A DNA stretch of 64,000 bases from Octopus vulgaris (lineage: Eukaryota), in assembly GCA_951406725.2 (NCBI GenBank), contig OX597829.1, positions 7,068,001 to 7,132,000 of the forward strand, written 5' to 3'. The notes under the pieces were generated by a model. It made no database searches. It had not been told where the DNA came from and saw only the letters and a program-made list of their open reading frames with translations. The position numbers and the translations under genes are program-made. Shown one piece after another: positions 51,525 through 64,000 of the stretch. Within the stretch, counting starts at the first letter, position 1; each line of letters begins with the position of its first letter.

Positions 51525-54500
51525 AGCCGACTACGGCTGCTATAATGGTACGATTATAATTGTAACGGCAATGATGGCCGTCTCCCCACGAGCCAATCAA
51601 AGCTAAAAAATAATAACATTATCGTAGCACCAAAATGTTTTGGGAAACTAAAAGGAAAACTAAATCAGTATACCAAATCGCTTGTCCTATGGTTAATCTG
51701 GAAGCGCGTCCCCCAGGGAAGAGCCAGCCTGGGATCGAAAAGTCATCAACTGGCACAAACTCTTCTCCGAATACGGACATGGATGGTCACTTGAACGGGA
51801 AATCCCCCAACTCGAGCCCTCCAAGTTCACCACCACAACCACCACAGAAAGAAAAATGTAAGCGGAACAAATGGACCCGAGAAGAGTATAAAGAAGTAAT
51901 ATACGCTTATTACTATGCATTAGGTAGGCCATCTCAAGAGAGACACACCGCAAACTCTTACAGTATATGGAGAACACGGAATCAAGACAGTAGGCCCTAT
52001 TTGGACGAGAACAAATTAGCAAATGTGAGGAGGGATATCTTTAGAAATAACAGACTCACAGACAGTGAAATAAGTGCGATCAAGCACGCAACGGAAAATG
52101 ACATAAATATAAGACACAAAGGAAATGAAGAATCAGATGAACAGTATAGCCCGCCACGAGGCTTAATTGAAAGACTGCCATCTGACCAAAGTACGCAAAG
52201 GCCTGAAGATACAAGAAATTCTATTGTACCTGTTAAAGATAGCCAGGAAAACGAAAAAACAACAGTAACTGAAGATCTCGCATTTGCTGAAGAACACAGA
52301 GAATCTATGGCAGAAATGAGGCAGAAAATCCTGAATACGCTTGAAGTTGTAAGACATACAAGTATGAATGATAGAGAACCGCTTCATAAACTCTCAAATA
52401 CAAACCAAAATAAAAAACAAATCCAAATTGGCAACTATGTAACAAATGAAATAATACGAGAATTAAAACCTGATTTTACTGAGTTAAATGAAATTATTTA
52501 CGCTTCTGCTAGGGCAATTGAAACCAGCTGTATGCCCCCGAAAAAACAAAGAAAACAAAACCTGGGAAGAAATCAAACCTGGAGAAGTAAAATTGAAAAA
52601 GAGATTGAATTTATGAGAGGGGAAATATCAATATTAAATGAACTAATATGTGGAAATGATGTAAGATCCAGAACAGGAAGAAAGATGAAGAGAAAATTTG
52701 GATCCTCACCAAGAGAAGAACTGATATCAATAAAAGAAACGCTGAAACAAAAAGTCCAAGCAAAAGCCCAAAGAATACGAAGATTTGAGAAGAGAAACAA
52801 GTTTTACAAGCAAAATAAGCTGTTCACATCCAATGCCAAAAAATTCTACAGAGAAATAGGGAAGGAGAAAGTAACCGTTAAAGACCCCCCTCCCATGGAA
52901 GAAGTTCAAAACTTTTGGGAAAGGATTTGGAGTGACAAGAAGACGTACAACATAAATGCAGACTGGATTATACAAACTGAAGGATCCTACCAAAATTTAC
53001 AACAACAAGCATGGGAAGACATCACAATAGCAGACCTAAGAAAGGCACTCACGAAGGCCCATAATTGGAAATCCCCCGGTAAAGATAGGGTGCCGAATTT
53101 CTGACTCGCATCGCTCCCGTGCGCACACGGTAAGCTAGTTCAGCTGCTCAATGGAATTTTGAGAGACCCAAAGAAAACACCTAAATGGTTAGCAAGTGGC
53201 ATTACTTACCTACTCCCAAAGAATAACGAAACCAACCTTCCAAAAAACTATCGGCCTATAACCTGTCTATCCACCACGTATAAAATCCTAACATCTATCC
53301 TGGCGGAGAAAACATATGCATTCATGGAGAAGAACGATATTTTCCCCATTGAACAAAAAGGGTGCCGCCGAGGCTCTTACGGATGCAAAGATCAACTGCT
53401 AATCAATCGTATGATCCTTGAGAACTGTCACAACAAGCGCAGAAATCTCAGCACCGCATGGATTGACTATAAAAAGGCCTTCGACAGTATACCGCATCCA
53501 TGGATCTTGAGATCGCTGGACATCTTCAAAATTTCCCCTGTGATTTCAAACTTCCTGAAGCACAATATGTCGTTGTGGAATACGAATCTCCAATTATACC
53601 ACTCTAATGGAGTACTTGCCTCAGAAAATATAAACATCAACTGTGGAATTTTTCAAGGTGACTCACTTTCACCTTTAATATTCTGCATAGCCCTAATACC
53701 CCTTACAAGTGAATTAAACAGAACAGGGTATGGGTATAAAATTGCCAATAAAAAAATAAGCCATCTATTTTATATGGATGACTTAAAACTTTATGGTAAA
53801 GACAATAATGAACTTGAAGGCCTATTGCGCACCGTGAAAGCATTCAGCGATGACATCGGGATGGAGTTTGGACTTGAGAAGTGTGCCAAGGCCACTTTCC
53901 AGAAAGGGAAAGTGAAGACCACAAATTCAGTCGTGTTAGATGTTGACACAGTCATAAGAGAGCTTGAGCAAGAACAGACATACAAATATTTAGGGATAAA
54001 TGAAGGCTCTGGTATTCAGCATGCAAGCATGAAAGAGAAAATCAGGAAGGAATGTTATAGGAGAGTTCGTGCAGTCCTGAAATCTGAACTAAATGCACGT
54101 AACAAGGTGTTAGCTATAAATTCCTTAGCAGTTCCAGTTGTTACTTATAGCTACAATGTGTTGAACTGGAATATGAGTGAAGTAAAGAATATAGATAGAA
54201 AAATACGCAAGCTGCTGAGTTGTAATAGGATGCACCACCCAAAGGCAGACGTAGATCGCCTTTACCTTCCCAGAGCCCAAGGAGGTCGAGGCCTGATCCA
54301 ATTTGAACTAGCTTACAAAACAACCACAATTGGACTGGCCAAATATCTCGAAATATCGAATGACTGGATGCTAAAGCTCGTGGAAAATCACGAGAGACGA
54401 AAGAAGCTTCATTCTATCATCAAGGAAAGCAAAAAATTTGCTATTGATCTCGTGCAGGATACCCAAACTGAACAACCCGAGGGAAGTACGGCAACTATTG

Positions 54501-55501
54501 TTGCAAAGAAGGTGAAAATGATGGCAATGAAAAAAGCGCATGAGCAATTGGCTGATAGGTGGGAGGAGAAACCTCTGCACGGCAAATATGTGACCCGCAG
54601 CAAACAAGCTGATGTTGACCAGAAGCAAACCCATCAGTGGCTGCGGAGCTCAGGGCTAAAAGCAGAGAGCGAAGGTTTCATCCTGGCTGCTCAAGACCAA
54701 AGCCTATTAACCCGGAACTACCAGGCCAATGTGATGAAAAATGGAGCAGACCCAAAATGCCGATTCTGCAACGACATGATTGAAACAGTGGACCACCTAA
54801 TCTCTGGATGTAAAGTCTTAGCACCAGTGGAGTATAAATTAAGACATGACAGAGTTGGCCAATATCTCCACTGGCTAATAAGTCGGCATTACAATATCAA
54901 AACTGCCGACAAGTGGTATAATCACCACCCTGAGGCTGTAACTGAAGGAGAAAATGTAACCATTCTGTGGGACTTTCCAGTACATACAGACCGAACCATC
55001 AAGGCCAATAAACCAGATATTGTTGTGAAAGACCAAAACAATAAAGTTTGCTTATTGATCGACATGAGCATCCCCTGTGATCATAATATCTCAGCGAAAG
55101 AGTTTGACAAGCTCAGAAAATATAAAGACCTACTCATTGAAATTGAGAAAATGTGGCATCTCAAGGCGGTTACAATACCAGTGATCGTAGGAGCACTAGG
55201 AATGATCAAGAAGGGAACCGAAAATTATATGAGAATGATCCCTGGCTTACCATCCCTGCAAGAAGTGCAAAAGATTGTCTTAACTGGTACATCACACGTA
55301 TTGAGAAGAGCATTGTCGATGTGAGAACTGTTGCTGCTCATGTATTTTAATTTAACTTTAAAAAAAAAAAAAAAAAAAAATGAACGAACTACTGAGTTTG
55401 GTTTAATGGCCTACCAATATACACTATGAGTTTCTTTGCCCTAGGAGTCGGGAAGACACTCGGCAAGAAATGGAAGAAAATTTGAAAGAAGAAAAAAAAA
55501 A
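51525..55501 (+). mobile_element. Near full-length R4/Dong-clade non-LTR retrotransposon
   Basis: Single long ORF, ~175-nt 3' UTR with an A-rich end, and (TAA)n at the 3' junction. The 5' boundary is uncertain (51525-51620). Confidence 0.93.
51635..55324 (+). CDS. R4/Dong RT + CCHC + restriction-like endonuclease protein (~1229 codons, one in-frame TGA at 53102-53104)
   Basis: ORFs 51635-53104 and 53159-55324 share a frame. Motifs: YRPITCL, EQKGC, WIDYKKAFDSIPH, GIFQGDSLSPL, YMDDLK, YKYLG, CRFC..ETVDHLISGC, RHD, KPDIVV..LIDMSIP..K..KY. Confidence 0.92.
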
Positions 55502-57262
<1,761 letters not shown>

Positions 57263-57279
57263 TAATAATAACAATAATA

Positions 57280-57425
57280 ACCCTTTCTACTGAAGGCACA
57301 AGGCCTGAAATTTGGGGGGGAGGGGGCCAGTCGATTAGACCAACCAAGTACGCAACTAGTACATATGATGAAAGGCAAAGTTGATCGCGGCGGAATGTGA
57401 ACCCAGAACGTAATGAGAGACGTTG
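57280..57425 (-). mobile_element. SINE family A fragment, tail type 2
   Basis: CCCTTTCTACTGAAGGCACAAGGCCTGAAATTTGGGGG matches 12561-12600. Confidence 0.8.
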
Positions 57426-57799
57426 GTACGTAAATAGAAAATCTTGAAATAAGGTTTTAGTACTTAACGAGTGCTTTACCTGAACGATAACGGAATAATG
57501 AAAGAAAAAGTTGAACAGGGCAATATTTCAACTTAGAACGTGAAGAGCCTGAGTAAATTTTGACTCTGTAATGATTCTTCCAATCAAGCAAACGTATACA
57601 AACACACACACACGCAAACACACACACACATGGACATACGCAAATTGCTTAATCTTTGAAGCTAAGTTTCAGTTATTCTCTTTGAGAAAAACCAGTTGCA
57701 CACTGTTGTACGCCTTTCGCTTCGTCTGTGTCTACAGATCGTTGTCTCTGAAGAGTGCTTTCATTGAAATGATTAGCATGAAGACAGACTATACCAGAG

Positions 57800-58320
57800 T
57801 CTAAGCTTTACGGTGGATGGAGGGAACAGTGACCATTCTAGTTTGTCAATTATCTAAATTATAGCCAGGTTAAAATGTTGTTATGGTGAATGTAGATTGC
57901 ATTTATACTATTCTTTGTCTCTTCCTTTTATTATTTACTCTAAGCATTGTGAGTATCTTAATGTACTACTCTCCCTCTTCTCAGTACATTCACGTTCGAA
58001 AAGATTCAAGGAAGCTGATGCTCTTGTCATGTTAAAACGCAATTACTGTGACTTTCAGCACTGATTACTGGTTATGGAATTCTAAGGCCTTGGAGGAAAG
58101 GTGTGATACCATTCTATGGACTGACCAGTCATTTCGGGATCGTAGACATCCTTCCTTCTCTTCGTTACTTTATATTCAAAAGATTCTGATGTATCAGAGC
58201 ACAACTCAAGAGTTGAGACTCGCCTGTCCGTGCGATCAGTTTGTCCACTTGTTGATGATTTCTGTCAGTAGTTGCAGTTGATTGCATGGTTTGTGTTCAT
58301 TGTTCATTTCCTATTCTTTA
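57800..58320 (-). mobile_element. Possible very degenerate PLE GIY-YIG remnant
   Basis: AINCNY*QKS..SGQTDR..RR and NAIYIHHNNIL loosely fit Y.I.C..C...YIGQT.R and EA..I....LN. Confidence 0.3.
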
Positions 58321-58460
58321 AACTTCTTCATCCGTTTCTGCACACACTGCTCCCGTCCGCCTTACCCTCCGTTTCTCCTTTATTTGAAATGCGATGATGG
58401 CAATGGCGGAAAATAACGGGTTTTCCTGCAGAACACACCCACCCACGTAAGAGAGTGACT

Positions 58461-58496
<36 letters not shown>

Positions 58497-58531
58497 AATA
58501 TATATACACTCACTTATATTAATTATTCAAT

Positions 58532-58770
58532 TAAGACGACGAGCTGGCAGAATCTCGTTAGCATGCTGGAGAAAATGATTAGTGGCATTTCTTCCGGTTT
58601 TACATTTTGAACTGAAATTCCACCAAGAGAGACTTTGCCTTCATTTTGCAGCTGATAATACAAAGAAGCAGTCGAATAAGAGGATCGATGTGTTCGACTT
58701 ACGCCCTCCCACGCTTAATCTTTAAAGTTGACTCTCAGGTTGGGCTTGCGCCAAAATTTGAAACTAATAT
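58532..58770 (+). mobile_element. Degenerate SINE family A
   Basis: GACGAGCTGGCAGAATC..GTTAGCATGC...GACTTTGCCTTCAT. Confidence 0.7.
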
Positions 58771-59029
58771 TAATTATTTAAATAATGACAAAAGAACAAG
58801 TCATGTAATCCTAATCCTTGGCTTGTAGCTGTTTCGGCTGTACGAAAATATGCACCTAAAGGTATCTGTGAGTATGATATAGCTACATCAGATCTTTATC
58901 GTGAATTCACACTACTTAACCATTTCAGCTTTGAAGTACAGTGCATAATATTTATATATATCTAATTCTAAGAACAGTCTGTGTATATATGTGTGTATGT
59001 GTATGCGTGTACATGTGTGCGTGTGTGTG

Positions 59030-59241
59030 AGCCTTTGTGTCTGTGTTTATGCTCTACTACTTGTTGACAAAATGTGCTCGTGTGTTTACGTCAACGTACT
59101 ACGTCTTCGGAAGAAAATAACCATTAACCAAAAAGTACCTTTAAAAAGTAATAAATACATGGGTCGATTCATTCGGTTAAAAATTCTCCATGCCCCAGCA
59201 TGGCCACAGTCTATTGCTTGAATAAAGGCTATGATAAAAGA

Positions 59242-59242
<1 letters not shown>
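59030..59242 (+). mobile_element. Degenerate SINE family B 3' half
   Basis: GGGTCGATTCATTCG..TGCCCCAGCATGGCCACAGTC. Confidence 0.65.
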
Positions 59243-59275
<33 letters not shown>

Positions 59276-59440
59276 TGTGCGCGCGCGCCTGAATGTTTGT
59301 GTATGTGTGTATAAGCACATATCGACGCTTAACAGGGTAGGTTCGTTCTAAGGGTCTACAAATCATTCATTTGATGGAAGTGAATAAAAATAAAACTGTT
59401 ATTAAATTGTGTTTGTGCGTGTCTATATATATATGTATCT

Positions 59441-59979
<539 letters not shown>

Positions 59980-60977
59980 GTAAAACGAAGAAAGAGAATG
60001 TATAACGATAGGGATGAATTGTATGTACTCTAAAGGACAGAATACTGACAAGAATTATTTATAATGGCGTATTCGTCTCTAAAATGCGTGTTATTTAATG
60101 TAATGAAGTATGAGATTGATAATTTACTTATTAGAAGGACAGTTTTTGAAATTTACTAAAAAAAGTTCGAATATGCACCGTTAGGAAAATCTTTCAGTAT
60201 ACCTTATTGAATATATTTGTCTAGATTAGAATGTCTAAACTCCCTTACAAAAATAACTGCATGTCTTCGTTGTTGTTTCTTGTGCACCGCAGTGGTCTTG
60301 AAAGAATAATGCATTTTAAATTTTATTAGTGGATATTGTCTTTCAGTCTCAAAGGAAGAGAGAGTGTGAAGCTTCCTTCTGCCAATATTAAAAAAGATGA
60401 GTGAGTGATGATTGAGATTACGTTTAATAGTTTTATTGTGAGTCCAATATATTATTCAGAGGAGCTGTTAGTTTGTACGGCTACTGGAAATCTATATATT
60501 AACGGGGTACTTTTTGGGAGATTACACAACTGCAGTTATTATTTGTTGATTTATTCAGTTTTGAGAAACTTGATGAATTTTTGTAGTTTATGCAAAAATT
60601 GTTGAAGCTTTATTTTGCTTCATTATTGATTATTTTTCATCCCAGATCAAATTTGTTTTGTGAACGGAAGTCGTTCGTGATTAAACCGAGGAAACTATTG
60701 TGATTGCAGCAAAATCTTTTTAATGAAATTCAAGTAATTTTCCTCCTTGTAACATTTTGATTGCATTCCCCTTCTTCTCTTTACACTTCCCTATTCACGA
60801 TATGCCTACATATACAAACAAGTTCTAGCCCTCAATTAATGCTTGACAATGTTCTGTGGTGAGGTAACCCGCACATTTGTTTTGTCGTATTCAAGCATTC
60901 AATTAAAACGGAAAGTTTCTTTAGTCTGTTATGCAACACTTTCTTTAGTTTATGGTATGCTCATCTCAAAGAAACAA

Positions 60978-61044
<67 letters not shown>

Positions 61045-62053
61045 CATACATATACATATACATGTGTGTTTGTGTGTGTATTTGTGTGTGTGCGTGTGTG
61101 TTTATGTAGACTTAAGTTTATGTACATGGGCGCACGTTCATACGAGCATATCTGTACCATGGCGTCCTTAACAACTGAGGAAAGGAAGATATTTGTTGTA
61201 ATAAGACCACATCAGTTTAGAGAAGAATGAAATGGCTTTGAATAAAATGCTGATGTAAAATGCTTTTGGTGATTAAGCTAATTATTTAGATAATTAAGAA
61301 GCGACTACCTCAAGTTTTCTTTTACAAAGATTGAGTTTGTGGTATACTGTTGAGAAGTGTCTAGTAAGATAACATATCTGTCTGCGATGTCATTGAACGT
61401 TGCATTTAGGATGCTAGCAATATCTGAATAGAGAACTGATGAGTGCCGCAGAGTAAGAAGTAAGCTTCCAGTTAAGCGGGACCGCAACAAGGTTTCAATC
61501 GTTGCTAAAGCCTTTTAACGTCATTTAAGACGTTAATAGCCCTGGGAAAGATACAAACGTAGCATTTCTCTTCATTTCACGTCTTAAAATATAACTCCTT
61601 TGTTCTTCATAAAAATTAACCAATGTATTAAAATTCAGATGTCGGCAGTCTTGAAGAAAACAAAGACAGAAGTCATGCAATATATCATTTATATATGTAT
61701 GTATACATTCCGTGTCCAAATCATACATCAGTTTGCATCTGATTCTCCGGTGTCACTAAAATAAGATCTAATAATTCACTTGCATCCGTTAGAAGGATTC
61801 TTGAGCATTTAGCATGTTCAACTTATCAAGATATAGATACGATTATTGTTATCATATCATGGAGAAATTGCAGGAATATCAAAGCATTAGGCAACATACT
61901 CCTATCACACTTCATGAGCTCCATTTATTTACTTTCGTTTTACAACCAGTTATATAAAATTAATTAAATCGAATACTTTTTCCCTAAAAGTAAATCTATT
62001 TTGTATGAATGTCAGATGGCTTTATTTTCATTAATTTTGTAAATGAAAAATTT

Positions 62054-62215
62054 AAGGCGGTGAGATATCAGAATTAGCCAAAATGTTTAGCAGCATTTCT
62101 TCCGGCTCTGTACGTTCTGTGTTTAAATTCCACCGATTTCGACTTTGACTTCATCCTTGAGAAGTCGATAAAATAATAGCAGATGGACACCGAAGTCGAT
62201 GCAATAGATTTATTC
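62054..62215 (+). mobile_element. Degenerate SINE family A
   Basis: AAGGCGGTGAG..TACGTTCTGTGTTTAAATTCC..TCGACTTTGACTTCATCC..GTCGATAAAAT. Confidence 0.6.
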
Positions 62216-62361
62216 CTTGTGCAAGCAATTTTAGAGGAGCGGTAAGTTAATTTTCTCCCATTCAAGTTACTAATTCAAATTACGAGAAATCCAAACGAAT
62301 TAATTTTAAATTCTAATCATTGTTGTTTAGTGTCATATAAATAAAGATGTTCTCGCCATGA

Positions 62362-62409
<48 letters not shown>

Positions 62410-63149
62410 CCCTCTTTTCTCTCTGCCTACTGGTGACACGTGACCCGTGGCCGGCCTTTCTTGCTCTACTGTTTTTACTCCAGTTGCGTAGTTAACCGGT
62501 CCTAAATTTTTGGGGGCCCGACTGCACCCGTCTTCTTTTGGCCCTGAGGATGTATTCTGGTCGTTTCGTATTTATTTCGTCTTTGTCTTTCGTCCATCCT
62601 CTTAAATTACATTCATTCACTTTCGTAAGTCTACTTCTGTATTGCCTGCTATCCATGTATTGTTTGCTCTCAGTCCAATATTCTCCGCAACTTTCGCGGG
62701 CACCACCGGCATGGGAAGCATCTTAGTCTTATTATCAACTGTGCGAAACTGAGTAATAATGGATGATAACCGATGAAGGATTAGGAACCTCCTATGTCTG
62801 TTTCTCGTCCGTTTGTGCACTCAATATACGTTTTCCCGTCCGTCTGTCGCTTGTTCATTAACTACACAGTTTTTCACTTTAGCGAAGTCTATATTTCTGC
62901 CTTTTGGTTCAGAAATTGCGAATAAGCCGCCTATATTATACATACATACGTACGTACATACATACACACACATACATACGTACATACTTACACACACACA
63001 TACATATACACATACATACATACATACATACATACATACATACATACATACATACATACATACATACATACATACAAGAAAATGTTGGATAAAAAATAAC
63101 TGCTTACTTTGAGAGCAACATTCCCTAAAATCCAACCAGTATGTCTTTC

Positions 63150-63285
63150 AGTTTAATAGAGATCACTCGACTGGTTGCCTACTTAGCACATCTATACTAA
63201 TTCATGAAATTTTAAATGTTTTGGAAGAGACACGTTCACAGAGGTCATATTCTTTGACTTCAGTAAGGCCTTCGACAAATCTTAC
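63150..63285 (+). mobile_element. Short CR1-group RT fragment
   Basis: EVIFFDFSKAFDK motif. Confidence 0.5.
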
Positions 63286-64000
63286 GTTAGTATTCTGTTA
63301 CATTCCACAGAATCCTCTAAAACCCAGCATAAACCCTTAGTTGTTTTCTCGAAGGTACTATACAAGATTTTCTTCTTTCCTTTATTTTTTCATATCTGGC
63401 TTCCGCAGGTGACTGTAAGGTTTAAAAGTTATCAGTGGAGGTGATGCGCTGATAAAACTCCAATCTGACCTACATGGTGTAATTCAGTTGTGCAAACCAG
63501 TAATTGTCTGTAAACAAGATGTCTTTGGAAGCATCCACTCTGAAAAAGAGAATGTAAATGATATCTTCTTTCCTTTGTTGAATGTCTCCTGGTGAAATCT
63601 CAGTTGATAACAACATCAACAATAATATTTAAATGTATCACTGGTTGAGCTCTTAACATCTCAGGTCATTGGCCATATAATATTACCTTTGCACAGACCA
63701 AGCTATATTTCATTTCCTTCTGAATTTCTCCTCGTTCTGAATTGAGGGAAACATAAATGAAGATTGCATTCAGTTTTCATTATTGGGATCGCGTTAAAAT
63801 ATTCTGCAGAATTTTACTTCTAAATATTTTCCTTTCTACCCACTATTAATACATATAAAAAGTAAGCATAATCTTTCTTCTATACTCCCCTCTCTTAAAA
63901 GAAAATGGACTTTTTAATCGAACCTATTGCGAGCGAACATACACCGCTGATGAAGTCATACAAGATAGAATCATTCCTACTACCTTTACGAATTGGCTAC

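Noticed and set aside
51525-51760. Possible HDV-like ribozyme at the R4 5' end (CGT-CTCCCC-ACG, GCTAA)
   Set aside because: I could not build the P1/P1.1/P2 double pseudoknot by eye. An RNArobo or Infernal search would decide.
61305-61728. Two short minus-strand ORFs with pyrimidine-rich acceptor-like sites, possible host exons
   Set aside because: Stops interrupt the plausible exon frames and the peptides have no recognisable homology.
63400-63560. Minus-strand acceptor-like TTCTCTTTTTCAG and a piggyBac-like FTDNYW peptide
   Set aside because: All frames close within ~110 nt and the motif is too short to support a call.

Overview
This is a eukaryotic, AT-rich window dense in microsatellites. 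I cannot support any host gene. The repeat content most resembles a cephalopod (octopus-like) genome, which is an inference from recalled repeat families. Almost every ORF in the track is a microsatellite artefact or a transposon remnant. Main contents: (i) a near-intact R4/Dong-clade restriction-like-endonuclease (RLE) non-LTR retrotransposon (ORF 51635-55324, one W->stop), sitting in a same-orientation array of further truncated R4/Dong copies mostly separated by (TAA)n; (ii) a Buster/Charlie-type hAT with TIRs and an 8-bp TSD inserted in an R4 copy; (iii) a mariner inserted in a minus-strand R4-like copy; (iv) CR1-group, RTE and L1/Tx1-like LINE remnants; (v) an internally deleted Penelope-like element (PLE) plus several PLE-type termini with minimal hammerhead-ribozyme (HHR) motifs; (vi) at least four tRNA-derived SINE families. 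Best leads: a head-to-head pair of elements joining a tRNA-like Pol III head, (AAT)n and a minimal HHR (candidate PLE-mobilised ribozyme SINE); a LINE-SINE pair sharing a covarying 3' hairpin; GGTAT-biased self-nesting SINEs; and a Trp->UGA stop in the near-intact R4 that A-to-I editing could in principle reverse.
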